Positions 21,386 through 34,517 of a DNA stretch of 64,000 nt are shown here, in pieces; the first letter of the stretch is position 1; the number at the start of each line of letters is the position of its first letter. Both the position numbers and the translations under genes were made by a program. The notes under the pieces were generated by a model. It was given only the letters and a program-made list of their open reading frames with translations. It was not told the origin of the DNA and did not search any database. The stretch covers positions 119,735-183,734 of the forward strand of contig QPMI01000402.1 of NCBI GenBank assembly GCA_004431415.1, in the 5' to 3' direction. This DNA is from Cyanophora paradoxa CCMP329 (taxonomy: Eukaryota; Plantae; Glaucophyta).

Positions 21386-21497
21386 TGCTCCGTGTAATTT
21401 TCGTCTCGTGTAATTTCGGTGCAAGTGCTAGGCATGTACCTGGTACTTACCCCCAAATTTTATGAAAATTACCCCAAAACGAAAATTACATGGAACA
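21386..21497. mobile_element. MITE-like remnant with ~19-bp imperfect TIRs
   Basis: TGCTCCGTGTAATTTTCGT (21386-21404) versus ACGAAAATTACATGGAACA (21479-21497). Confidence 0.45.
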
Positions 21498-22472
21498 CCG
21501 CGGCATGTACATGTGCGAGGTGCGATGAACGGACCGTCGGACGGTAGCACAAAACAAGCCAGATTGAAACACGGCTCCTCGTAAGCTCGAGAACGCGTAC
21601 GTTAAACGCCGCCGCGCCAACTTCGTTCGCCCGCCCCGTGGCCGCACCGTGGCCGTCCCAAGGGGGTCAAGGTGGGGGGGGGGGGGGGGGGGTGTCGATC
21701 TCCATCGCCGCGGCGCCGCCGCAGGCTTTCTGTGCGAGGGAGGCGGCCAGCAGACATCACGACGGATCTGACGCTGATTTCAACCGCAGCCCCAGGGAGC
21801 ATCAGTGGTTGAGCCAGGTGATTGCAATGTACACTTTATTGTAACGCGGGTTGCTTTGAAATTCAGCATCATGATCAGCATCGATATTGCGATCTTCTGT
21901 GCGAGGGAGGCGGCCAGCGCCCTGTAGCTGGGGGTACATGGCCAGTACCGGTACGTATACGTATACCGGCCCGGCGCGCGGTACGTCGGACAGGGATCCC
22001 GGTACCCGTCGTCGACTTCGAAGCTCTCGCGCATAGACTCGCGTGCTCGCTATATATATAGCTGGTGCTAGCGCTGAGTCTAATTTTGGGGGTAGTTTTC
22101 TAATTTCGAAGTGTATATGTGGAGGCGTAGTATCAATTGCAAGGGTTTTAAGGCTTGAGCTTGTCTCTAAGGTCTTGCTTACGTATACTGCCTAATCAGC
22201 TGCAGTGACGAAGCGGTTTCGAGACTGGAATCGATTCACGACATTACACTCGACATGGGATGCGTTTCCATAACTCGCACTATACATGAACGCGCAATAT
22301 TACCGCATTCCTCGTCAAGATCAGGGCCGGGGGCCGGCGCCGCGGTCGGTCTCGATACGACCGCTACGGGGGAGCCTCCCGGCACCCGCCCCGCCTCGCC
22401 CGGCCCTGGGCCCGGCCCAGGCAGACAGGCGACCGGTCGTCCAGGCGACCGGTCGCCCAGGCGAACGGTTGT

Positions 22473-23891
22473 TCAGCTGAGCAGGGCCTCAATCGCGCTC
22501 TTGAGCTTGTCGGCCGAGGCGCCTGCGGTCGGACGGGGGGCGGGGCGTGAGATGGAAAGGGGGAGGCGCGCCGGGGGGACAGAGGGGGGGGGTGGAGGCG
22601 GGCCGGGGGGGGGTATAGGCAAGAGGGCCCAGAAGCCGCCACGGCGCCGAGCGAACGAAGGTCTCTAGGGGTGCGGGCCGGTCCCGGTACCCGGGGGGCG
22701 AGCGGAGGGCTCCGATCTAGCAGTTGGGCGCCGGCCAAGGGCGGCGGGGGGAGATCGGGCTCAGGTGAGAGCGGAGGAAGCGGGCTCAGGAGCCGGCCAG
22801 CTAGTCGGCCATAGCGCCCAACGCAAAGGCTGGCGGCGGCTTCTGTAGGGACGGAGGGACGAGGCTCTAGAAAGAAAAGGGGCGGTTCTAAGAGTTCCCC
22901 GTTGGGCCAAGGGCGCGCGGCGGGCGGGAGAGCGGTCGAGGGTGGCGGGCTCAGGTGAGCGGGCTCAGGTGAGGCGGCCTCGGGAGAGGCGACCGCGGAG
23001 GCCGCCGCGCCGAGAAGACTGGAGGCGGGGGCTCTAGAGAGGGTGCTTCCAGTGGCTCTCTAGAGGCGGAGGGAAGAGGGCGCCGCGGGGGGGGGGGGGG
23101 GGGGGGGGGGGATGAGGGCGCGGGCTTAGCGCTTCAGGGTATCCCTAGTGCTCGTTCTGAAAGCGCTGCGCACCCGAGAACTCGTCGACCTTCTTGCCGC
23201 CCTTCCAGACTGACAGAAAGCGCCGGAGTCAGTGGGGCGGCGGGCGGGGGGCGGGCGAGGAGCGGGGCGAGGGGCGCGGGCGGCTGCGCACAGTGGAAGG
23301 TGGGCATGCAGCTCACGCCTTGCGCCTGCGCCAGCTCCGCGCACTCGTCGACATCGACCTGCGGCGCGAGGCACGCGTCAGCGCGTGACTAAGAAGGCCA
23401 CTTTTGCTTGGGGTTCAGGGGCGCGAATTGAAAGGATGGGAGAGCGCGTGCCTTCAGGAACACGACATCAGCGAACTGCGCTTCCTCCGAGAACCTCACA
23501 AAGACGGGGCCGATCCGCTGACACGGGCCGCACTGCGGGAGGGACGGATGAGCGACGAACGCCCGTGGCCATCCGCGTTGGTCGCTCTAGCGAACGCACC
23601 CAGGTAGCTGCGAGTGCATCGTTCGAATGCGCGTTCGCGTCAGTCCAACGGACGCCGCGGAAGCCCGGGGCACGTGGGCCGCGCGAGCCCGCCGCAAGGC
23701 CCGGAGCGACTCACCCGTGAAGTCGATGACCCTGCAGCGACAGATGTCAGCCGACCGGCGAACGTCGAATGACGTCGAATGCTCGCGGGGAGCTCGTCCT
23801 CGCGGGGTGCGCACGCGGGCTTCGTGCCATTCGTCGTGTGCGCCTCGAACTCCTGCTGCGACTTGATGTGGATAACGCGGCCGCCGCCCAT
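22473..23891 (-). CDS. Cytosolic thioredoxin (Trx1/h-type), multi-exon
   Basis: Spliced translation: MGGGRVIHIKSQQEFE...VIDFTATW|CGPCQRIGPVF...VVFLK|VDVDECAELAQAQGVSCMPTF...KGGKKVDEFSG|ASADKLKSAIEALLS*. The WCGPC active site is split by an intron. Confidence 0.9.
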
Positions 23892-24253
23892 CGCTGCTTC
23901 GGGTTTGTTTGGGCAACTTCTCGCGTTCCTGTGGGGGGTACGGGCTCGTTATCCGCCTCGCCACCGCGCGCACGCGCTCCGGCCACGCGCACTGCGGTCT
24001 CCTGGATGCGCGAGGTGCCGCAGTAGCGGGGGAAAGACGTGCCCGACGCCCGCAGAGGTCCTCGGGCCAGCTGTTCGCCGCTGATCATGAACGAACGTTC
24101 ACCCGCGCTTATGATTGCATGTAAAAAAAAGGCCGCTCAATTCTCGGGCTCATAAAGAGACACGACAAAACCGAAGCTCGCACCCTCAAACGCCACACTC
24201 CGCTAGCTCGTTCGCAGCAGCTCGTTCGTCGTTCTCCTCCTCTCACAGCAGCC

Positions 24254-25218
24254 ATGTCGTCCGCCCTCGCCCGCCGCTCCGTCGCCGTCGTCCGCTCCGC
24301 CGGTGCCCGCCTGGCGGCCGCTCCGATCCGCTCGAAGATGAGCCCGGCGGTCTCGCCCAAGTCGTCGGCCCCGGCCACCCCCGAGGAGGTGCGCGGCAGC
24401 CGATGAGCCTTTCGATTGCGCGCGCGCGTACGCGCTCCGGCCGCTGACCTGGCTTCTGCGCGCGCCTTCAGGCCGTCAAGGCGCTCCGCGAGGGCAACGC
24501 CCGCTTCATCTCGGGCAAGATTGAGCACCCGAACCGCTGCGAGGAGCGCATTGCCCAGGTCGCTGGCGGCCAGGCCCCGTTCGCTGCCTTCCTCTCCTGC
24601 GGTGCCTTCTAGCCTCTGCGCGCGCAGTCCCGCGACGCTCCGCTGACGGCTCTTCGCGCGCAGCCGACTCTCGCGTCCCGGTCGAGCTTATCTTCGACCA
24701 GGGCTTCGGCGACGTCTTCGTGACCCGCGTCGGTGCGTTGCGCAGGTTCGATTGCGGATTTGATCTTAGGGCTGACCCCGTGCGCGCAGCCGGCAACGTC
24801 GCCACCTCTGAGATCACCGGCTCGCTTGAGTTCGGCACCGCCGTCCTCGGCGCGAAGGTCCTGTACGTCCTCGGCCACACTTCGTGCGGCGCCGTCAAGG
24901 CCACCGCCGCCGCCGGCCCCGTCCCCGGCCAGATCTCCTCCCTCTACGCCCACATCCGCGTGCGTCCCATTTCAAATTCGAAAGCAGATTTGATCCGCGC
25001 GCGTCTGTCTGACCCGGCCGCGCTCTCGCCCGCAGCCGGCGTGCCGCGCGACCCACAACGACGTGGAGAAGGCGACCATCGAGAACGTGCGCTTCCAGGC
25101 CCAGCAGCTGGCCGAGACCTCGCCGGTCATCTCCGGCCTCGTGAAGGAGGGCAAGCTCAAGGTCATGGGCGGCGTCTACGACCTCGCCACCGGCAAGGTC
25201 AACGAGGTCGAGATCTAA
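24254..25218 (+). CDS. Beta-carbonic anhydrase with mitochondrial-type presequence (5 exons)
   Basis: Exons 24254-24388, 24472-24601, 24664-24732, 24790-24959 and 25036-25218. Motifs LREGNARF, CADSRVPVELIFDQG, RVAGN, SLEFG, GHTSCGAV, GGVYDLATG; Arg/Ser/Ala-rich presequence. Confidence 0.95.
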
Positions 25219-26113
25219 ATCTCTTCCTCCTCGTCTTCTCCAACTTGTAGACTTGTGTTTTCTTGTACCATCACCACTTAGACGATAGCTTATTTCACGG
25301 TCTATTCCTCGGTATGTAGGCGGCCGGCCGTTGTGCTAGTGCAGCCACGGCCTCGCGCGCCCCCTTGGAGGGCGGCAACGCCCCAAGTACTTGCTCCGAT
25401 GCTTCGAATTCCGTTCTGCGGCTTCCTCAATTTTGCGACGATCGAGGGTAGTGCTAGCAGTTTGTCCAGAGTGTCTGATTCGGATGAATGCAAAACGTTC
25501 GGACATGCATATGGCTTCAAGGGGCGAGATGGTTGTTGCTCTAGCTTCTGTACATGTGGTGGGAACTCCTACATGACATACATGTACATACTATGGCGCC
25601 TACATAGCTACATGTACATGTGGTGGGAATTCCTACATAGCTAACATGTACATACTATGGGGACAACTGGGAATCGCCGCGGCGCAGGCTGCGCAGCCAC
25701 CGTCGACAGCAGCTGCACTTCGACTCGATCATGAGCTTACTCTCCAGAAGCTAGCGCTACCAGTGCTCAATCATGCACAAGCCGGCCGCGGCGCGCCCCC
25801 GCAGCGGCCGGCGCCTGCCCTCAAGAGCCCCCCCCAGCGCAGATGCGCGCCGCAGATTCGAATAAGTTTGAATATTCACACGCGTACGACTACTAGTTCC
25901 CCGGGCAATCGCTGGTTCAAGAGGGCGGCCGGCGACCGGGCGGCCCCGCCCGGCCGCAGGGCAGCGTCGGGGCGGGGCCGGCGCGCCGGGGCCCGGGCGG
26001 GGCCGCCGAACCGGGGCCCGGGCGGGGCCGGCGGGCGCGCCCGGGGCGGGGCGGGCCGGCCCCCATCCGAGGCTTCCTGGGCGGCTCCCGGCCCGCCCGC
26101 CCGGCGGTCATGA

Positions 26114-29100
26114 TCAGCCCTCGCGCCTCGCCTCCACATCGATGACGGGTCCCTGGCCGGCGTCCGGCCCCCCCCTGCCCGAAGCTAAGAAAATGCTAAA
26201 AGGGCCAATGCTAAGAAAAGAGATGGGGGTACCTCGGGGGGTACGAGGCGCCGACCTCGGCGCCGGCGCCGGGGCGCCCGCCGTACGCGTCCGCGACGGA
26301 ACGGCGTACCCGGGGGTCCGTCAGGGGGTCCAGACGGGGCGCCAGGATCCGCGTGTAGCGATCGAAGTAGAGTGACTGATGAAGGTAAAGATTAGCAAGC
26401 TTAGCAAGCTTCGATTAGAAGTTCAAACAAGGGCGAGCCTGTTTGAAGAGCAGCGCAAAGGAGCGCGGGAACTTCACGCCGTGCCTGTCCCCCACCCGCA
26501 CCAAATCCAGCACCTGGAGGGGGTACGCGGTCACGGGGACGCCGGCCTCGGGGGGGGGTACGGGAAGCAATCTATCGAATAAGCGAGAGGGGTACCAGGC
26601 GGTTGATCTTCGTGTCGTCCACGACGCCTCCGGGGCGGCCTACTCCCAGGCTGCGCAGGGACGGCAGCGTGGGCGGCTCGCCGGGGGTACAGGGCGGGGG
26701 GGGGTACAGCGCACTCCTCGGGGTCCAGGGTACGGATGGACGCGAAGAGATCCTGCGGGGCCGCGGGGCTCTCTGGTCAACGGGGGGCGCGGGCGGGCGG
26801 GCAGGGGTTGAGTAGGGGGATGGGGGCGGGGGCCAAGCGGGTGGCGCGGTGCGGCTCCCCTCTTTCTCCCTGCGATCTAAGCTAGAGAATACGAACGCGC
26901 TAATTATAAAGCCTGCTCTCCGGGCGGGCAGGCGGACGGGCGGGAGGGCGAGAGCTACGTGGGGCGCGGGCGGGAGCCCAGGGGTGGCGCGCGCGGCGCG
27001 GCGCGCAAGCTAGAGAAAGGCAATTACAAGCTAGATCTAAGCTGTCAGTCCCGCCGGCGGGGTTGAAAGGCGGCGGGGTTGAAAGGCGGCGGGGATGCTA
27101 GGCGGCGGGGGCTAGGCCTCTTCATCCATCCAGGCCCTGGCCAAGCTTTAGCCCGCTAAGCCCAATCCGGGCTCGACCGATCCAGGTCCCCGCCATGCTT
27201 GCCAAGCCTAAGCCCGCCCGCCCGCCCGCCTGCCCTCCTCAGGGCCTGCTCCCTGCCCCGGGCAAGCTTTAGAATGCTAAGCCTACGCCCGCCCTCCTGC
27301 TCCCCTCCTCTCGTACCTTGAGGTCGGCGGCGAAGGCGGGTACGTCGACCTCGCGGTCCGCCGCCCCGATCGCCACCAGGCTCTCCGCCACGCCTGAGGG
27401 AGGGGCGTCGGAGGTGGGCGGGGAGGGAGGGAGGGAGGGACGGCGGAGCGAGGGGCGGGGGCGGTGGGGCGGGAGGGGCGCGGAATGTGCGAGCTCCCTG
27501 GCTACAGCTAGACCGGGCCCGGCGAGGCGAGGCGAGCTCCGGCTCCGCCGGCGGGGCGGGAGGGGAGGAGGGGAAGCTACAGCCATAGAGCTCTCGGCTG
27601 GATGGGCGGGCCGGGGCGGGCCCCCAAGCTCGCAGCAGGCGGCCCTCGAGCTCTCGGCTAAAAGGGGCGGGCCGGGGCGGGCGGGGCGGAGCGGGGCGGG
27701 GCGGGCGGGCGCACGGGTCCAGTCCTCGACGGGGATGGCAAGGACCAGCGCGTCGATCGCCGCCCACACCTAGGGAGGGGGGGTACTGGAGATCAGGACG
27801 CGACGGATCGGATAGATAAGATTTGAAGTCGAGGTTAGGCCCTAGGTCGACTGCTGGGGGGAAGAACCTCGGGGGGGATACGCCCGACGATTCCGAAATC
27901 GATAAAACTGCGGGCGGGAAGGGGGGTACCGCGTATGCGAGGGGGTACGGGGTAGGGAAGGCGCGGGGGAGGGGAACGGGGCACGAACCCGACGCGGCCG
28001 TCCTCGAGGACCAGGAGGTTCCCCGCGTGCACTGGGTACACGTTTACAAGGGAGGGTAAGGGTAGGGATAGTTAGGGGGCATACCGTCCGCGTGGAAGAA
28101 ATCGTGGTACGCCACGCTCGCGAACCAGACGTTCATGGCCTGCGGCGGGGGGTACAGATGAGCGGAGGGGCGGGGGTACAGCAGGGTGGCGCGAAGACGG
28201 GCGTACCCGAATGAGCGTGCCCTCCGGATCGCTCGTGTACTTCCTGAGGGGGGTGCACGAATCCATTCAATCGGGTACTGAGGGCGCGGGAGCGGGGTAC
28301 AGCCGAGCCGCACCGGATCGACTCGAGGTCCGTGAGGGGTACGCCGCGCAGCCGTTCCATCGTGAGGACCTTCCTCCGGGTCGCCTCCTGCCGGCGAACG
28401 AAGTGAGGAAAGGGAAAGGGGACCCGGCGGGACTCGGACTCGCCATGTAGACTTTGGGGGCTACCGCGAAGTTGAAGCCCATGCGGTCCAGGAACCCGCG
28501 GAACTCCGTAACGTTTTTGGCCTCCTGAGAGGCGGCGTGAGGGGGTACGGCTTCCCGAATCGGACGAGGGGGGTACCGCACCGCAAGGAAGTCGGTCTCC
28601 TCGGCGACCGCCTGTTGGATGTCGGATATGATCTGTCGGGGTACGTAGGTTAGATAGATCGAGGTGTACACGACGGGGGGGTACAGCGCGCCTCGGTGAG
28701 GGATACGCGCTTCAGCTCCGGGTTTGCAAGCTCCAGCAGCGAGCCGGCGACCTGGAGAAGATGTCAGGGGTACGTGTACGGTGCGGCAGCTTCGGGGTCG
28801 GGGTACGGTACCAGAAGGAAGTTGAGGTCAGTCCGGAGTGTGTCCTCGGCCCCCGGCCGCTGGACCTTCGCGGCGGGGGGTACGTGAGGCCCGTCCATTG
28901 GGAGGCCGTACCCCCTCCCTCTTCACCCTCACTCACCTTGATCACGACCTCCTCCCCCGACCGCAGCCGCGCCGCGTGAACCTGTACCCCTTTCAGTGAG
29001 CGAGGGAGGCGAGGGAGAAGATGGGGGGGGGGGGGAAAGGGGGAAGAAGAAGAGGTACGCGCCTGGGCGATGCTGGCGGAGGCGATGGGCTTGGGATCGA

Positions 29101-30143
29101 CGTAGCTGAAGAACTGCCTGTAGCTGCCGGGGACAAAAGGGGGTAAGTTACGCTCCGAGCTTGCGGGGTACGGGGACGCCGCGCGCACCCGGAGGGGAAC
29201 GACTCGTTGAGGATGCGCTGCAGGGGTACGATTAGCAGGGACCGAGGGGTACGGGGCGGCGCAGGCCGGGGGGTACCTCGATCTCCTTGAAGGGTACGGG
29301 CTCCGTCGCGTCGAGGCAGTACTGGAATTCCGTCACGTACCTGCGGGTGGGGGGTACGCGCTCATGCCGGGCGCATTAATATCCCACGCCAGGGGTACGC
29401 GCTCACTCCTCGGGGAAGATGGTGGGGGCGGACGCGATGAACTGCCCCAGCTTGATGTAAGTGCTCCCGAGCCGCTCGAAAGTCTTCCGGAGGAGCGCGG
29501 GCGTCGACGCGCGCCCGCCGCTCTGAACGAACTCGAGTCCGGTCTCCGCAATGGCCTGAGCGGAGGCGAGGCGCGCGCGCGTGCGTCGGCCCCGAGCGGC
29601 GCTGCGCGGGCGGGCGGGCGGGCGGGCGGGCGGCTGCGGACCTGAGTCGTCTGCGCGACGCGCGTCGCTGCCTTGAAGATGGTCTCGGCGTCCTTAAGCG
29701 GGTTTCCGCTGCGGCGAAGACCTCAGCGGCGCTGCAGGGGAAGGTAATCGCCGGCGGCGGCGCACGTAAGCCGCAGCGCGGCGGGGATGTCCGCCAGCGG
29801 CCATGCGGGCTGCTTCCCTCGGCTGCTCGACGGCTTTGCACCAGTGGACGACCCTGAGGCGCTGGGGCCGGCCCGCCGTGGCTCAAAGGCGTGCGCGCGT
29901 GCCGGCTCTGGCGTAGATGCTCCGGCGGCCCGACGCGTCCGAGGCCGCTCCTCCGCTTGAATCCGAGACAATTTCTTGTGTACCTCCGCGTGCTGCGCTC
30001 GCCGGCTTCGGCGCAGAGCGGGGCGGCTCGCGTCGGCACCGGCGCACCTTCGCCGGCAAGCCAAGACCCAGGAGAGCGGCGCGCGCCTGCTGTAGCTTCG
30101 AAACCGCGCCGGCGGGCGCCGGAACGACGTTGAAGGCGTGCAT
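26114..30143 (-). CDS. ABC1/UbiB atypical kinase (ABC1K9-like), plastid-type presequence, many exons
   Basis: [102 protein letters not shown]; N-terminus MHAFNVVP. Confidence 0.9.
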
Positions 30144-30286
30144 GAGGACGGCGAGACGACGACGAGTGCCCTGTACCCTGACGGCGGCCAGCCGCTCGAA
30201 GACCCGGCAAGCCAGCGTGGCCGTAGCCGCATAAAAGTTTTATCCGGGCGCTATTGGAGTGTTAGCCGCGACAGAGGCGCACGGCG

Positions 30287-33200
30287 ATGTCGCTCGTCTT
30301 CGACAAGAAGCACACCATCCGGGAGGCCTCGCAGCGGCAGGACCCGAGGCAGAAAGTCAGTATCCTTGCTGCCGCGGGCGCGCGATACGGTTTCGGGCGC
30401 CGCGCACGCCACATCGGCTCCGCTGCTTTGCCTTCACCGCCCGCCACCCTGCAGCTCGCTACTGGCCCGGAAAGGCGCCTACATTCGAGGAGGAGGAGGA
30501 CGGTGCTCTTCCGAACCGCGCTCTCGGACCTCCGTCGTTCATGCCAGCGGGCGCAGATGGAGTCGCCTCGTCGCTCTCGGCGATCAAGGCGCAGCTGCCG
30601 CCTCAGTCCGCTGCCCCGAGCGCTCCTGCACAGTGAGCGATGCCCGGCCCCGCCCGCTCCTCGCCCGCGCTTAGCTAATGTCCTCCCGCGCAGCGTGGAC
30701 CGCCGGCTCCAGCGGCTCCAGCAGGCCAGGGACGACGGCGGCGAGAAGGGCGGCAGGAGAGGCGTCGTCGCAGAGGTGATCGAAGGGGACGAGGAGGAGG
30801 AGGACGATGAGGAGGTCGATCGGAGGCGCGCGCGGCGGAGAGCGGTCGCGGTCCGTCCGCAGCGGGCCCGCCGCCGCGCCGTGGCCCACGCCGCTTTGCA
30901 GGAGGTTATGGAGGGCGATGAGGGGGACGCCGATGACCTGGCGGCACGTCAGGACCAAGCCGACCGCGCCCGCGCCGCCGCGATGGGTGCGTGTCGGCTT
31001 CCCAGCCTGCCACGCCCCCCGCGCACGCCGCCGACCGCTCCGCAGCGCAAGAGGATGAGGACGACGACGAGGAGGCGGCGGAGCGACGGCGCCGCATGAT
31101 CCGCGAGAAGCTTAAGATGAAGCAGCAGGCTGAAGTCCTCCCCGAGATGCCCGAGGCTAGCTAGCTCACCCTCCGTGCGCCGCGCGCGTCGCGGATCGCA
31201 TCGCTTAGGCTTGCGCGCAGGACGAGGAAGAGGAGGAGGAGGAAGAGTACGAGGAGGAGGAGGAGGAAGAGGAGGAGTTCGACTTCCGCCCGCTGCTGAA
31301 GCCCGTCTTCGTCCCGAAGGTGACCTGCGTCGCCTCGCCTCGCTCGTCCCGTTCTTGTACCGTCGTTCCTTTCTCTTTCTTACCGTTCCCGCCGTCAGGT
31401 CGCGCGAGAGACCGTCGCGGAGCGCGAGCGGCTCGAGAAGGAGGAGGAGGAAAAGTGCGCGGAACCCATACAAGATGAACTACTTTTCATTTCTAACGCT
31501 CTCTTCTTTCTTTCCTTCTTTATCAGAGCGGAGGAGGAGAAGAAGAAGCGGGACGCGCGGAAGATGGAGAGCCGGGCGATGGTGGAGAGCGAGATCCGCA
31601 AGGACGAGGCCCTCATCGCGCGCGGCCGTGCGTGAGAACATGAAGAGCTTTCTAGAGCGAAACGGAACATTATGAGCTTTCATAACATAATGGAACAGAA
31701 CATAATGAGCTTTCTAGAGCGAAATGCGGCGCTAGAGCTAGGCCCAACATGAGGTAGGCTAGCGATAAAGATCCGATCGCGCGCGGCCGTGCGCCCTAGA
31801 ACAGAACCTCTTCTCTAGCCCATTCGCCCCCTTTCTAGTAGCGAGGGGTAGAGCGTCCCGCCCCCCCTTCCCGCCTTCCCGCCCCCACTTCCGCCCCCAC
31901 TCCCACGCCCCCTCTTATGACCCGCCCCTCCCCCGCAGTGGCCTCGGGTGACCCGGAGGACCGGGAGGCCCTCCCCGACGACTCAGACGACGTCAACGAG
32001 GCGCGTACCCCCCGCCCACGCCCCCTCCTCGCCCCCGCCGCGGCCGCCGGCCGCTACTACGTCTACCTCCATGCTCGCCGGAGCTGGCTAGCTAGCCGGG
32101 AGCCGGGGGCGGGGGCGAGGAGCTAGCGGGGCCACCCCTTCCGCCGGGGCCGCCAGTCGCCGCCCGCTGGGACTTCTGGACCCCTCTCGGAGCCCGCCAG
32201 CTAGCTGACTAGGTCGCTGGGAGCCGGGGGCGAGGAGCTAGTGGGGACTACCCCTCCCCCCGAGGCCGCTGGCCGCAGAGGCGCCCCCTTCCCCCCCCCG
32301 CCCGCCGCCTCCCTGACCCGCCCGCGCACCCGGCAGGCGGCGGAGTACGAGGCGTGGAAGCAGCGCGAGCTCGCCCGCATCAAGCGCGACAGGGAGGACC
32401 GCCAGCGGTGCGCGTACCCCCCGCCCTCCACGGCCTAGTTGCCCCCCGCTAGCTCCCGATGCCGGCCAGCCAGCTAGCCCCCGTCCCGCCCCGCCCCGCC
32501 CCCCCTCCGCCCCTGACGCGGCCCGCCCCGCGGCAGGTACGCCGACGAGATGGCGGACCTCGAGCGTCGCCGCCTCATGACCGACGAGGAGATCAAGCGC
32601 GAGGACGCGTGCGCACTCGCAGCGCAGCGCAGCGTACCCCCCGCCCGCCCGTGGCACACTCTAGCTGGGGGCTTGCGGGCTGGGGCGCGGGCGTGCGGGC
32701 TTGGGCCCCGCCCCTTAGCGCCCCGGGCTGCAGTGCTAGAGCGGGGATTGGCGCCCCCTTCCGTCACGCAGGGCCGCGCGGGCCTTAGAGCGCCGCGCTG
32801 CGCGACACTAGAGCGCGGACTTAGAGGAGGGCGTAGAGCCGCGCGCTCACCCGCCGCCGAAGAGCCGCCCTCCCCTGCTGCCCTCCCATAGGCCCGCCCT
32901 CACCGCCCGCCGGCCGGCAGCATGGTCAAGGGCCCCCCGAAGGAGAAGAAGAAGTGGAAGTTCATGCAGAAGTACTACCACAAGGTGCGAACAAAGGGCC
33001 CCGTACCCCCACGCGCCGCACCGCCGTACCCCGGTCCGACTCCCTCCCCCCCGCAGGGAGCCTTCTTCATGGACGAGGCGGAGGCGAAGCCCGAGTGCGC
33101 CGTACCGCCCTCCTCCAGGGGCCAGGCCCCAGGCGGTTCTGGGTTCTAGGCCGTAGTCTCTAGGCTTCATGATCAGGCGCCCCGGCCCGGCCCGGCCCCT

Positions 33201-34165
33201 CCCCCCTTCCGCTTTGCCCTTCCCCGTCCCACCCCGCCCTCTACACCCCTCTAAGCATCTAGGCTAGCTCCAGGCGGCCGGGGCGGGGCCTGAGGGCCTT
33301 TCCGCCTGGCCCGCCCCGGCTAGCTGGCTAGCTACGGCTCTCTCCAGGCGGCCGGGGTAGAGACCGAGGGCGTTCCCGCCTGGCTCGCCCCGCCGCCCCC
33401 GCCCCCGCTGAGCATCTCCAGGCGGCCGGGGCCTGACCCGCCCCGCCGCCCCCGCTTTCCCCCGCCCCCCTCACCGCCGCCCCCCGCCGCAGGTCTGTGC
33501 TGGCGCGCGACTACGACGAGCCGACGCTGGAGGACCACTACAACAAGGAGGCCATGCCCAAGCCCATGCAGGCCCGTACCCCCCGCCCCCGGCCCCCCTC
33601 CTCCCCCTGAGCTGGGGCGGGGGTACAGGTCAAGAACTTCGGCAAGGCGGGGCGCACGAAGTACACGCATCTCCTCGACCAGGTCCCCGCCCCCCCCGCT
33701 CCGCCCGCCCGCCCCTGCCCACGGAGGGGGGGGGGTACACGCTCGCGTGTCTCCTCCGAGATTTATAGCGGCCGCCGGGATCGGGGCGGGGGCCGGGGCG
33801 AGGCGTCTAGCCCTTTAAAGCTTGCTAGCTCGCTCTGCGCCTTCGGGTGCCCGTTCGGGTCGGCCGGCGCCCGCTGAGCCGCGGCGGCGCGGCGCAGGAC
33901 ACGACGGCGGGCAAGGACGTCCTGTTCTTCCACAACAAGGTACCTCCCTCGATCCGGATCCAGGCTGTACCCCCCCTGGATCCCTGACGCGACCGCGGCG
34001 CCCAGGACCTCAAGACGAAGTACGAGTCCAAGATGGCCGGCGTCGGTGCGACCTTCTTGGATTCGAATTCGCTGAATTTGATCCGGGATTGGCGTTGCAA
34101 TTGAGGCGGGCGAGCGGGGCGCAGGCGGCGTGGCCGAGCGGCAGGCGAAGAAGCCGAAGCTGTGA
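30287..34165 (+). CDS. MFAP1: Microfibrillar-associated protein 1 (spliceosomal B-complex factor)
   Basis: [96 protein letters not shown]. Confidence 0.93.
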
Positions 34166-34517
34166 GTTCTAGGTCCCGCGTGCAGCTGTGCCTCAAATTC
34201 TTCGGTTAGCTTTAGTGTGCACACATATGCATCGATTGATCGCAAGCCTCGGCACTGTGCAAGCATCCTCACGAGGCGCCATGCCTTGAAAAGGATGTAC
34301 TCATGAGGCATGCTGGGGGAGGATGTACGTCTTTCGAATTCTCCCTCGCGATCGCGGAAACGGTGCAGTGGATCACAGAGCACGACTAGGCTACGTTTAC
34401 TACGTGTACGCCCTCACAATATCGGTTGGAATTCCAACTAGCGTCTCAGAAAGCTGCGCAACCTCGATGAGCTGTGCCCACAGAGCGGATGCAGTTCATG
34501 GCGCACCATGGTTTCGA

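Noticed and set aside
25540-25660. Short direct duplications (also 40395-40445, 51760-51890, 60480-60580)
   Set aside because: Two-copy local slippage duplications with no further structure.
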